Shown in pieces: positions 16,365 to 26,759 of a DNA stretch of 64,000 bases. Below the pieces are notes generated by a model, which did not search any database, was not told the origin of the DNA, and saw nothing but the letters and a program-made list of their open reading frames with translations. This DNA comes from a virus: IMG/VR virus record IMGVR_UViG_3300032213_002070, positions 1 to 64,000 of that record, one strand, 5' to 3'. Every line of letters begins with the position of its first letter. Positions within the stretch are counted from its first letter, which is position 1. The position numbers and the translations under genes are program-made.

Positions 16365-18529
16365 GCTTGTTCTACTCTCCCAGATATTTTATAAGAATAT
16401 ATTAACGGAGATGCCGTCTCATAAGAAGGTTTCTCTATTTCTATCTTTAGTCTAACGTTTGTTGTCTCCAGCGGAATAATTGGGTAATCAAAATAACTTA
16501 CACCTTTAATCCCAGCTATACCTTGGAGGTTTTCATTGAATGAAAGTATTTCAGGTACGGCGTTAAATGGATTTTCTATTGGTGAAATTTGAATCCATTT
16601 AGCACCGTCGTCTAATGAAATATAATATTTTATATAAGTCTGATTATAATCAACCTTGGACATACTACCTGAAGACTCAGTAGAAATAGTAAGATTCTTT
16701 ACGTTATAAGGGAATACAAATGGTTTAGATACTAACTCTGCATATGATTGGCAGGCATTATAGTACGCATCTACAGACCTTAATCCTATAGCTGCCCTCT
16801 TCGCAGGGTAAATCTCAAATTGTTTTTTTAACCAGATAGAAGTTGACAACGTCTTTGGAGCTAGATTAGATTTAATAGTTTCTACTTTTAGGGATTGATA
16901 CTTATAAGTACTCCATTCAGGAGAAGTCCCAGAAATTTTAGATGTTATGAACTCTAAATTACGTTGAGCAATTTCTGCAGATTCGTATCGGAATGCAGAA
17001 TTAATATCGCTAGTGGCAGTTTTTAACTGCTGTTCAACTGCAGATTCTAACCCTGTTGCATAGTTTGTATAATACATCTTTTGAGTTGCAGCACCGGGGG
17101 TTGCACTTTCAGCTCTCTCAAACGAGACTAAGTATTTATCAGAAATTGCAGTGCTTTTAAATGTTATATTTAATACTTTATTTTCTAAAACAGATTTGTC
17201 TTTATAAAAATTTGGTTGCAGTATATTAGGAATTAAATCAGTAACATTATATTGTACATCTCCTAAACCAAGCGAACTTAGTGAGGATGGATCAAATCTA
17301 TTTTTTGTGTCTAACTTAGCTAGCATATTAGAATCAGATGGTATGGGTTGCCAATATAGATGTTGAGCTGTTATATCATCATAGTTATTTTGTTCAAAGT
17401 ATATATTAATTTCATTAGTTGTTATCTCTGGAAAAGAAATAACTGCTTTATTATAAAAATAATTCTTTGAAGACTCTATACTTTGGGGTACAAAACTAGA
17501 ACCGATATATATAGGCTTGGAGATAAGATCTACTAATTGTTTGGTGGATTGGGAAATTGCTGTTATTTTTACTATCTTCATTTCTGAATAAGTATTTGCT
17601 ACTGTTCCAAAATATGGAACTATAGAAACAGTATTTGTTTGTTGTGAAGAAGCTGAAGTTAACTTTAAAGAAAGTTTTAATGGTTCAGCAGTATTTTTTT
17701 CTGCCCATGATTTAAATTTAGTAGTTTTATTGCCATTGTTAGTTTCTTCATATGAAACTAAAAACTCAAAATCTTTTGCATTCTTGGCTTTAGTCAAAGC
17801 CTTATCTATATTAACTCCTTCGTATTCAAAGTATGTTAATGGATTACTATCTATAATGTTTTTAATTAAACCTAAAGAATTATTATCCTGAAAAGCATAC
17901 CTATATGCAGTTTCTCCACCCTGCATTGCGTAAGCCATATGGTTATTACCTATAAAACCATTTGAATCTTCTTCAATAATTGAAATAGATTTTGTCTTCC
18001 ATTCTTTAGTTGAAGTAATTGGTAGTTGTGCACTGCCATCTTTTATCAAAAGAAGAGAATTAGCAGGGGTCTTAGCTATATCTATGAAATCCATATTTTC
18101 AAAAGAATCACCAAAATAGTAAAGATCATTACCCGGGCTTTCTGAATAGGCTTGAAGAATGCGCACTTTTGATTTTATTCTATTTGCAAAACTAGTTTCT
18201 TTTTCTATTTCAGAATTAAATAGATTATACATTGATACAACTTGAGCACTTTGATAGTCTAATTGTTTAGCAATTATATTTAAATCGTCAGCTGCGTTAG
18301 ATAAAAATCTATTAAACTTAGATGAAGAAGGTGGTTCCCCCTTAATAACTTGCTCATAGTTGGATATAGGCTCTGATGAATAATTATTAACATCAGTTAA
18401 TATTTGATGATACTCAGCAGCGGCTTCTTCTTCTGAAGCAAACGTATTCGTTGCATTTTTTACTAGAAATTTTTGTATGCGCTTAATTAACTGATCATAA
18501 AAAATTGTGTTTGTAGATAGTTGTGCCAT
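16361..18529 (-). CDS. virion structural protein (baseplate/tail-associated family)
   Basis: 722 aa; KGEPPSSSKFN...DDL N-terminal motif; YYISLDDGAKW.QISP and VRLKIEI...SPLIYSYKI at the C-terminus. Confidence 0.6.
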   Translation of the reverse strand: MAQLSTNTIFYDQLIKRIQKFLVKNATNTFASEEEAAAEYHQILTDVNNYSSEPISNYEQVIKGEPPSSSKFNRFLSNAADDLNIIAKQLDYQSAQVVSMYNLFNSEIEKETSFANRIKSKVRILQAYSESPGNDLYYFGDSFENMDFIDIAKTPANSLLLIKDGSAQLPITSTKEWKTKSISIIEEDSNGFIGNNHMAYAMQGGETAYRYAFQDNNSLGLIKNIIDSNPLTYFEYEGVNIDKALTKAKNAKDFEFLVSYEETNNGNKTTKFKSWAEKNTAEPLKLSLKLTSASSQQTNTVSIVPYFGTVANTYSEMKIVKITAISQSTKQLVDLISKPIYIGSSFVPQSIESSKNYFYNKAVISFPEITTNEINIYFEQNNYDDITAQHLYWQPIPSDSNMLAKLDTKNRFDPSSLSSLGLGDVQYNVTDLIPNILQPNFYKDKSVLENKVLNITFKSTAISDKYLVSFERAESATPGAATQKMYYTNYATGLESAVEQQLKTATSDINSAFRYESAEIAQRNLEFITSKISGTSPEWSTYKYQSLKVETIKSNLAPKTLSTSIWLKKQFEIYPAKRAAIGLRSVDAYYNACQSYAELVSKPFVFPYNVKNLTISTESSGSMSKVDYNQTYIKYYISLDDGAKWIQISPIENPFNAVPEILSFNENLQGIAGIKGVSYFDYPIIPLETTNVRLKIEIEKPSYETASPLIYSYKISGRVEQA

Positions 18530-18532
18530 TTT

Positions 18533-21175
18533 TTATCCTAAACTCAATAGTTTATTTGAATTTATATCTGTATTTTTTGTTTTTATCTTTAACATAATAT
18601 TGTCTACCGAACCAGTTGAAAAATAGTTATTGTAATTGTTTCTAATTATTAATCTAAATCTTAAATAGTTATCTAAATAATTATATATGACATTAAAAGA
18701 TTTATTTATTTCTTTATTAAATAAAATATCTTTTCCATTTTGGAAAAATAAGATTTCAGAAGTATTATAAAATGTAGCTTTTTGATTATTACCATCAATA
18801 TAGTTTGTTAAATTGATAGCATAAGTTCCATCGCTAAACCTAACGGCAACAGGAGTGTAACCCTGGTTTGCAAGAGTGGTAATTGTTCCAAGAGTATGAC
18901 TATAGCTAGCATCTACTAATTTTTCTTGGTCTACAAATGGTTCGTTATCTAACTTCACGGTGTTGCCTGTAAATGTTTTATTAAACGATTCTCCATTTAC
19001 TCTATTAGTCGAACTGCCGACAAAGCTATCGCTTATTCCAAGAACTGATAGATCTATATAGTCTTGAGAAAAGTTAATATCATCCACACTGTAAGATACT
19101 ATGTATGTACTTTTTGGCTGAAAATTGTCTATGGTTATTGTCTTATTAAATTTATTAATTCCAAAATTATTATTCACCAATTTTTGATCGCAGTATAGTC
19201 TCAGTGAAGTTTCTATTGGATAGAATCTTAGTGTAGCGGTCTTGCTCAATGGATCAACAAAAAGGATTTCTGATTCTATCGTACTGCTTCCGTAGGGGAC
19301 AATTGGTCTCCAATCGTTCTCAGAAGTTGGTTCCGGCTTAAGTGAAATAGAAAGCTCATATGAGTTAGCTTGCTTTAGATCAAAGTTTGGAAGCGCTATA
19401 CTGCTTATATTATCATCTAAATTAATCTTTGCCTTGATACCCAAAGCGCTACCTGGTATGGCTACAGTAGAGCTTATAAAGCTGGCTTTTGACATGTTAA
19501 GAGCGTTTGTTGCATTTTGATTTGTTCTTCCAAATTGAACATTCTTTAAAGAAAAAGAATACTCAAAAGAATTTACCTGACTATCTAGATTCTGAGTTAT
19601 CAAATTCGACATAAACGTAGAGCCTGGCATTCGAGAGTCATTCATAAATTGTCCAGGACCACGGCGCCAAGAACCACCAGAATCGTTTGCTATTAAATGT
19701 CCAGAATTATTAATACCCGATAACGATTGATCACCAATTCCAGCCTTCTTATCCAAGAACATTGTATTGTTAAACATATTAAACTTTTGTCCAAGGGCTT
19801 GAGATAATATGTTTCGCACTGTGTGTGTTAATTGATTTTCTGAAAAAAGATTATTATCTTGATCAATATTAACTAAATTGTTTTTTTGATTCATAAACTT
19901 TTCATATCCAGAATTATGTTTATGGTTCTCGTCAATTGGATACTTATAACTATAATAATCGCTATAAGAATATTCATTCTTTTTAGCTTCATCTATAGAT
20001 GAATTTTTTCTAAAATATTCTAAAACAATGTCTTGCAGTTTATTATGGGCATTTTTCTTATCAAGTCTAGATTGCTGTAAAAGTGATTGTATTACTCTTG
20101 CTGCTGATTCATCTGGAGATATTCTATTAACTGATTTAGTATAAGATGGCTGGTTAAATACCAAAACAATTTTTCTAACCTTGTCTAAAGGAAAAGTAAT
20201 ATCAAAAGTAGATTTCATTTGAACTGGTGCACTGAGCAATTTCTTTAATTGATAACCTGAGTTTGGCACATTTGAATTTGCAGAGTAAATTGTTTCAGCA
20301 ATATTTGCTGAGTCTATCGCTACCTGCATTAATTGTAATCCATTAAATTCATTTGGATTTATTCTTATAACATCCATTTCTATTTCTTTAATTAAATTTA
20401 TTTCTAATACCGTTTTTGCACCGACGATATAAGAGTAATCGTAATCTATATATTGAGATAAAAATTTAGGTAATGATGTTAGAATTGTTGGGGATTTAAT
20501 TGAAACATTCCAGACATTTGATTGCTTTTCATTAAATAAATTAGCGTTGTCGGATATGGATGAAATATACTGAGAGTAATTAGAGTCAAGTATGAGTGAC
20601 TTAATTAAACCTACTGGATTGATAAAATTAATTCCACTTCCTATCCTAAATTTAGATACAACAGGATCTATATAACCATTGCCATTGCCATCAAATGGAG
20701 CGCCACCTCTGTCTGTATAAGGTATCTTCTTAGCTGTATTCTCATTAGACTTTAAAGCATTATTAAAATTTTCTATATATGAATAGTTATATAAGTCATC
20801 TTTACCTGATATAAAGTCATAGTTGTTTATATAACTTTCAAGGTATTCTATATTTTTTTCAATATTTGAAATTTGAGATAACATTACATCTACCATTGAA
20901 TTTGTTGTTACGTTAATTGCATTTGCTGTATTAAAGTATTGAGCAAAACGCATCTGCATATCTCTAAATGCATCAACAAAAGTCTCAGACTCTATTAGAT
21001 CTCTAGGATTTATGTTTGATGGTGCATAATCTGCACCTGCAGAAAATGTAGAGAGAGATTTTACTATTTCTGAAACTTGCGCCTTATCAGCTTTGATGCT
21101 TTTAATTAAAGCACCGACTGTTTGTTGAGATTGATTAGAAAAAGTTTTTATCGTATCAGGAAGAAAATTAATCAT
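18533..21175 (-). CDS. virion structural protein (baseplate/tail-associated family)
   Basis: 880 aa; same overall architecture; C-terminal LRFRLIIRNN...SVDNIMLKI. Confidence 0.6.
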   Translation of the reverse strand: MINFLPDTIKTFSNQSQQTVGALIKSIKADKAQVSEIVKSLSTFSAGADYAPSNINPRDLIESETFVDAFRDMQMRFAQYFNTANAINVTTNSMVDVMLSQISNIEKNIEYLESYINNYDFISGKDDLYNYSYIENFNNALKSNENTAKKIPYTDRGGAPFDGNGNGYIDPVVSKFRIGSGINFINPVGLIKSLILDSNYSQYISSISDNANLFNEKQSNVWNVSIKSPTILTSLPKFLSQYIDYDYSYIVGAKTVLEINLIKEIEMDVIRINPNEFNGLQLMQVAIDSANIAETIYSANSNVPNSGYQLKKLLSAPVQMKSTFDITFPLDKVRKIVLVFNQPSYTKSVNRISPDESAARVIQSLLQQSRLDKKNAHNKLQDIVLEYFRKNSSIDEAKKNEYSYSDYYSYKYPIDENHKHNSGYEKFMNQKNNLVNIDQDNNLFSENQLTHTVRNILSQALGQKFNMFNNTMFLDKKAGIGDQSLSGINNSGHLIANDSGGSWRRGPGQFMNDSRMPGSTFMSNLITQNLDSQVNSFEYSFSLKNVQFGRTNQNATNALNMSKASFISSTVAIPGSALGIKAKINLDDNISSIALPNFDLKQANSYELSISLKPEPTSENDWRPIVPYGSSTIESEILFVDPLSKTATLRFYPIETSLRLYCDQKLVNNNFGINKFNKTITIDNFQPKSTYIVSYSVDDINFSQDYIDLSVLGISDSFVGSSTNRVNGESFNKTFTGNTVKLDNEPFVDQEKLVDASYSHTLGTITTLANQGYTPVAVRFSDGTYAINLTNYIDGNNQKATFYNTSEILFFQNGKDILFNKEINKSFNVIYNYLDNYLRFRLIIRNNYNNYFSTGSVDNIMLKIKTKNTDINSNKLLSLG

Positions 21176-23506
21176 TTAAATTGTGCCCCAATCATTTCCA
21201 TCCATGTCTTGTATTTTATAAGCAACGCCGGCAGTTATGTTTCTACTGATAACATTATATACTTCAGCCTCAGAAGTGAAATTATCTAACACATTTCTAG
21301 GTAACTTAATTATAACATATCCACCCTTAGGATACGCCTGCTGCTCGGGCGGGTATATATCCCAGAACGATGAAGCTTCTTTTACATCTTTGAAAACTTT
21401 ATTGATATCTAAAGAACCATAAGATTTAACATCAATAGTTTTACCCAAGGTAGTTTTGATGCCGCCACCTCTTAATCTCAAATCTTGTAAACCTATATCT
21501 TTTATATCCACTGAACTTAATGTATGAAGAAGTCCTATTTGTATAGCAAATGGGTCATAGTTAACGCTATTATACTTATCAAATATAGAGGGATCATAGG
21601 TAAAATCTACGCTACTACCATAACTATAATCTCCTACAAAATTCCACGAGTATGAACTATTCACAGAATCTTTAACTTCTATTTTTATAGGTTTAATATA
21701 AATATGTAAAGCCTTTTCTGGTTCCACTAAAGCACTGTGTAAGAACGGGTTGACCGGAATAGGCCTTCCGTCTACATGTTTAATGGGAATACCACTAGCT
21801 TTTACTGTATAGCTAACTCTAATTAAATCCGCATTTTCTGTCACTGGGGTAGTGAAATCTACTATTCCAGTATTGCAATTTATATTTCTTATTAAAGAAG
21901 AATCTAATGAAACCCAAGGATCATTAATTGTTTTTCTAGTAGAAAAGAAAACCCAATTAGTGATTACACCAGAACGGTTATATGATGGCTCATTAAATGA
22001 AGCAACAGGTACTTGTGTTAGCTGTACCCTTTTAGATGAAAGAACTATAGGAGTTTCATTTATAACATCAACATATGGTCTTCCAGCTGTTTGTGACCAA
22101 ACTACGCTATCTAAATTTAATGTAGAATAAGTAGCCCTCAAAGTCTTACCGCTATACTTCTTAGCCCAAGAAGTCCATCCGTATGCTGGATCAATATATA
22201 TGTCTTTGGTAAAAGAACCAGATGTTACATAGAGTGGCCATTGTTGAAACTTTGAAAGATTAGGAGGAATTGATGATAGAGCAATACGTGATGAAGGAAT
22301 GTATTCAACGTTGTATATTGGACACGCAAACTTAACTGGTATATTTGCAGGCGTAATAGTTCCTGAAGTTTTTGGACCAAATATGTCTACAGTAGTTGAT
22401 AAATTTCCATCTGCATCAATGGCTAAAATTCCAATGTAAACATTATCCGGGCCTCTATTGATATAATCAACATAGTATAAATTAGTTCCTAAAAATTCTT
22501 TTTTATTTTTATCATAAAAACCATAAACCACACCACCATTATTGGGGTTGTTATTATTTAATATAAATGAACCATAGTCTATATTATACTCTTCATTGGT
22601 TGGAAGAGAATTTCTAAATGATTGTAAATTAATTCCATATGGTTTTCCAATTTTATCTGGACTAGAACTAGGTTGACAGATTAGTAACAAACCATCTAAA
22701 ACAGATGTTGTGTTTTTTGAATTCTTTACTATAGATCCATCAGACTTTAACAGCCAATAATTTTTTATTAATTCTTCACTGCTTTTTGTAATATTTGAAT
22801 TTGTATAATTAAGAGCTGAAGTTTGAAAAGTTAACGTCTTTCCCACTATTGCAGTTGAAATTGTAGAACTTGCAACTGGATTTTTTGTAGCGCTAAGAAC
22901 ATTTGAAACTGAAAGACTATTCGAAATAACATCAACTGTTTTATCTGACGTAAGATCTATGGTAATTGATTCATTTTTATAAGTAGGTTCTGCGGATGTG
23001 GTTGAACCGTATGGTGTAAATGGAGGATTGTATCCTGTGCTACTAAAATCAATTGTAGTCTTAGTTAAATCTAAAGTATTGTAAGTAATTTCTGGCCCAT
23101 TAAATACTGGGTATTCCATTGATAATGGTTTATTGGTAAACTTAACTGATTTTAAACCACTTAAATCTATTACCTCAGTTTTATTAGCTGATATATCTTT
23201 TACTTCTCCGCTTATTTCATAGTTAATAATTACTTCTTTTGTTAAAGTCGGAAGAGCTACATATGAAGTAGTCTCAGCAACATAACTTTGTATAGTTTCG
23301 GTATAACTGATTTCAAATGTTATATTATAGAGAGAGTAACCTCTTGCATATGGACCAAAAGATCCACCTAAAGCACCGCCAGTAAGTTTTATTGTAAATT
23401 TATCACACTCTGATATGGGAAGGTTTACTGGATAACTTGTTGATGCGTGCTTTATAAAATCTTTACCCTTAATTGATTTTGCTGTACCGCCGAGACGATA
23501 AAGCAT
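21176..23506 (-). CDS. virion structural protein, C-terminal part (likely one gene 21176..26757 with two +1 breaks)
   Basis: 776-aa ORF without an evident RBS, overlapping the upstream ORF in the +1 frame; C-terminal DLRLRGGG...FWD...YPKGG.VII.LP. Confidence 0.6.
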   Translation of the reverse strand: MLYRLGGTAKSIKGKDFIKHASTSYPVNLPISECDKFTIKLTGGALGGSFGPYARGYSLYNITFEISYTETIQSYVAETTSYVALPTLTKEVIINYEISGEVKDISANKTEVIDLSGLKSVKFTNKPLSMEYPVFNGPEITYNTLDLTKTTIDFSSTGYNPPFTPYGSTTSAEPTYKNESITIDLTSDKTVDVISNSLSVSNVLSATKNPVASSTISTAIVGKTLTFQTSALNYTNSNITKSSEELIKNYWLLKSDGSIVKNSKNTTSVLDGLLLICQPSSSPDKIGKPYGINLQSFRNSLPTNEEYNIDYGSFILNNNNPNNGGVVYGFYDKNKKEFLGTNLYYVDYINRGPDNVYIGILAIDADGNLSTTVDIFGPKTSGTITPANIPVKFACPIYNVEYIPSSRIALSSIPPNLSKFQQWPLYVTSGSFTKDIYIDPAYGWTSWAKKYSGKTLRATYSTLNLDSVVWSQTAGRPYVDVINETPIVLSSKRVQLTQVPVASFNEPSYNRSGVITNWVFFSTRKTINDPWVSLDSSLIRNINCNTGIVDFTTPVTENADLIRVSYTVKASGIPIKHVDGRPIPVNPFLHSALVEPEKALHIYIKPIKIEVKDSVNSSYSWNFVGDYSYGSSVDFTYDPSIFDKYNSVNYDPFAIQIGLLHTLSSVDIKDIGLQDLRLRGGGIKTTLGKTIDVKSYGSLDINKVFKDVKEASSFWDIYPPEQQAYPKGGYVIIKLPRNVLDNFTSEAEVYNVISRNITAGVAYKIQDMDGNDWGTI

Positions 23507-26500
23507 CGATTGCGTTTATTGTTATTCCTGGATAACCAGAACTACCAGCAAACGCTCCTGGAGAAACTCTAATATTTTTTACAATTACATTAGAAAACTT
23601 TGGATCAGTTTTTAATGCACTTGGCGTGTAAGCTGTTATGATATCTACTATGTTTGCAGCTGCCGTAGAACCAGTGTAGCCAATTTTTTTAAACGGATGA
23701 TTAGAAGCTAGCTCATCTATTGCCACAGATGCTCTAGCTGCTTCAATATACTTAGCAGATGCTTTATTTGTTCCCGATTTGACTCTTGCTAGGATACCTT
23801 CATATTGCGCTGCATCCATATCCTTCCAAGCCTTTGCTAGCGTGGATTTTGTTTGGCTGTCAACCTTTCCATCTGTAGGCGTTCCTACGGAAGACTGCCA
23901 TGCTTTTACTCCCGCTTCAAGTGAAGGATCGTAAGCCCCATTTAATGGCAGGGTTGGTTGTCCAAATTCTCTTAAGGAAATCTGTATATATTTAGTATAG
24001 TTTGGGTCTAGTCCACCTTTATTTTTTTCATACACTATGTTTTTATTGCCAGCGTCTATATCTCCAGAGTACATAAATCCAGCGCCAATACTAGTAAGTG
24101 TTGTTATACCGCTGTCATTTTGATCTGGAGTGTGTAGGACTATTCCTCTGTCAACATCTAAGGGATCATAATGTGCAGGTACAGTTTTTAGTTCTTCTCT
24201 AGATAAAGATGCAGTATACGTTGCAGACAATTGAGCTTTCCAATTTGCGCTAAATTGCAATGGTGATTCGCTAGATTCTATATACGAATTAAAAATAGAA
24301 AAATTGAATGGATAAGATTTATAGCTAGATGATAAAGAGTTAGCTGAACTATTTCCGGTCGTCAATTGGTTAGATGATCTATAATTTCTGTGCCTTATTA
24401 CATAAGGACCAAAACCACCAGGAACTACAAATTGTGCAGATGGTGAATCTGTATAAGCGTACATCGCAGAATTAATATTTTCTGCATTTATCTTAAATAG
24501 CGTATAAGAAGTAGGTATCTCATTGACGTTTTGCAAGGCGTAATCGTTTGTTACCTTTGTAGCGTTAGCTAAAATTACATCGGGATTTGTTATCTCTATG
24601 TAAAAATCTAAATTAGACAAATCAATATCTTGTAGCGAAAGACTGTGTTGATCAGATAAGGAATCATAGACTGCATCTTTATAAAGACTTAATATTGAAC
24701 CACCTTGGGGAAGAAGATTCTTGGCATACTTAGTAGTGCCTATCGGATCAAATGTTTTTTCTTTTACCGTAGTATATTCTTCTTTTATCTCGTCTTCTAA
24801 AAGTACATTGCCATTTATAACGTAGTTTGACTTCCAATCAGATAGCTGATAATAGATAGAAGATCTTATATCTTGAGTTTTACTTGAAAAAGCCCTAGAC
24901 AGTAAAGCAACCGCTGTTGTATTATAGAGCAATTTCATTGGCCCTTCAATTACGGCAGATGCTGTAAACGGATTTTCTAGAATAGAAGATGATTTATTAT
25001 TACTAACAGCTGTATCAAATATTGAAGAAGGTTGATAAACATCATTGCAATATTTTAAGAATTGAGTTGTCGTTGCCAATACAACTCCCCTAGAAAGAGC
25101 ATCTGTATTAGGAGTATATTGTAAGCTGACAAATAATGGCTTACTCCTAGAGTTCTTTAAAAGAACATTGCTTTCAGCAATTGTTCCAGTAAATTCTTTA
25201 GCAGTTTTATTGGTGGTCAAATTTGATAAGTTGTTTCTGCCAAATATTGAATAGATATTGTAGTTAGTAGAATCTATAGTTAATGTTTCAAAAATGCTTG
25301 AATTAATAGGCCAGGCATTGCTCTTAGTCTCATCTAGTAATAGATTGCTTGTATTATAAGTCCATGTATCGAGTGCGTATGCGGATGAGCTAACCGATAG
25401 ACTAGGATCAATATACTCAGCTCCTACTGGACTTTGCGACAAATCTAATACCAATGTTCCCTGTGTAGATTGTACGTACTTCTTTAATTTTAAACTTTGA
25501 TCTGTAGTAATGCCTGACACTGGAGACCAAGTTAGTATGTCGTACATTGCTAGGTCAGCGTCGTTAACATTATCTATATCCAATAACCAGTATCTTGCTG
25601 TTTCTTTACTGAAAGTTTTAACATCTACCATTGGATTTGAGAATGTATACTTTGATATATTAAAAGGAGACTGCTCAAGTCTAAAGAATACATATGGATT
25701 TGCAGAAGAATAATCAGACGTTTGTATCATGCTAGCTAATTGAGCCGATGTACACAACACTGCGCAGTTAACTACTTTTTGTTTTATATTATCTTCTGAA
25801 TCAATATCTTCACCGTTATTAACGCTAGATACGTTAATAGATCTATTTACTTTGGTTACTAGTCTCCAGTTAAACGATTCATAAGTTCTACTATCTGACA
25901 ATGCTTTTTTGGGAACAAAAATTTCAAAACCTTCTGAGGAATGATTCGTGCTATTAATTAGATTATTCTTTGTTGCTAATGATTTTTTGGCATACACTTT
26001 TTTATTTCTAGAAGAATTATCAACGACCGAAGACTCTTCTAATGATTTATTAAAGAAACTTACAGTATTAATATTCTCCGTGTGCTGTGGGACAACTGCC
26101 GTGATGAGTTCGTTAGGAGAAAGAGATACTTTATCATATACTAATTGCAAATCCGATGGTGCCGGGCTATCAAATAATACTATTATTTTAGTTGGGAGAG
26201 TTTCTCTAGTTGAATATTTATCTAAGTTTAATTGATCTAATAAAATTCTATATCTATTAATGCCCGTTTCTGCATCGACGTATAGTTCACCATTTTTATC
26301 TAATACTTTAATAGATTTAGGTATTTGACTTTCTGGAATAAAATCATCAAGATTATTAAAAGTAACAAAACCTCTAGGTAATAGCGTATACCATCTAGAG
26401 ATAAAATAGGAGTGCACAAAAGTATTCTTTGCAATGTCATTAATAAAATATTTCTTGTCATACATATCTACGTTTAAGAAGGTATCACTTACGCTTATAT

Positions 26501-26639
26501 CGTCTGAATCAAAAACGGTATAACCATTTATATCTTCTAAGATTCCTAATTCATTTGCAAAAACAATTTTATTTTTAGAATCTTTATTACCAATGTTTAT
26601 ATCTGAAGAATAGGAATTTTCTGGTGTAAAATTTGACAA
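23469..26639 (-). CDS. virion structural protein with peptidoglycan-binding domain, middle part of the likely 21176..26757 gene
   Basis: 1056 aa; PG_binding_1-like KYIQISL...LNGAYDPSLEAGVKAWQ...DGKVDSQT at ~23840-23995. Confidence 0.65.
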   Translation of the reverse strand: MSNFTPENSYSSDINIGNKDSKNKIVFANELGILEDINGYTVFDSDDISVSDTFLNVDMYDKKYFINDIAKNTFVHSYFISRWYTLLPRGFVTFNNLDDFIPESQIPKSIKVLDKNGELYVDAETGINRYRILLDQLNLDKYSTRETLPTKIIVLFDSPAPSDLQLVYDKVSLSPNELITAVVPQHTENINTVSFFNKSLEESSVVDNSSRNKKVYAKKSLATKNNLINSTNHSSEGFEIFVPKKALSDSRTYESFNWRLVTKVNRSINVSSVNNGEDIDSEDNIKQKVVNCAVLCTSAQLASMIQTSDYSSANPYVFFRLEQSPFNISKYTFSNPMVDVKTFSKETARYWLLDIDNVNDADLAMYDILTWSPVSGITTDQSLKLKKYVQSTQGTLVLDLSQSPVGAEYIDPSLSVSSSAYALDTWTYNTSNLLLDETKSNAWPINSSIFETLTIDSTNYNIYSIFGRNNLSNLTTNKTAKEFTGTIAESNVLLKNSRSKPLFVSLQYTPNTDALSRGVVLATTTQFLKYCNDVYQPSSIFDTAVSNNKSSSILENPFTASAVIEGPMKLLYNTTAVALLSRAFSSKTQDIRSSIYYQLSDWKSNYVINGNVLLEDEIKEEYTTVKEKTFDPIGTTKYAKNLLPQGGSILSLYKDAVYDSLSDQHSLSLQDIDLSNLDFYIEITNPDVILANATKVTNDYALQNVNEIPTSYTLFKINAENINSAMYAYTDSPSAQFVVPGGFGPYVIRHRNYRSSNQLTTGNSSANSLSSSYKSYPFNFSIFNSYIESSESPLQFSANWKAQLSATYTASLSREELKTVPAHYDPLDVDRGIVLHTPDQNDSGITTLTSIGAGFMYSGDIDAGNKNIVYEKNKGGLDPNYTKYIQISLREFGQPTLPLNGAYDPSLEAGVKAWQSSVGTPTDGKVDSQTKSTLAKAWKDMDAAQYEGILARVKSGTNKASAKYIEAARASVAIDELASNHPFKKIGYTGSTAAANIVDIITAYTPSALKTDPKFSNVIVKNIRVSPGAFAGSSGYPGITINAIDALSSRRYSKIN

Positions 26640-26655
26640 ATCTGTTACGGATATA

Positions 26656-26757
26656 TTATTTCCGTGGGGTTACAGGCTTTGCGGAAAACCAAGACAAGGC
26701 CAAAGAGTGATCATCGACTGGAAGGTTTGATGCTTTCTTTATGCTAATATTTTCCAA
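26656..26757 (-). other. probable true 5' segment (33 codons) of the 21176..26757 gene
   Basis: TTG start at 26757, 3 nt after the upstream stop, with a GAGGA RBS. Reads ENISIKKASNLPVDDHSLALSWFSAKPVTP-CGG-AAA-TAA; skipping one C continues into the 23469..26639 frame (GNNISVTDLSNFT). Confidence 0.6.
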
Positions 26758-26759
26758 AA

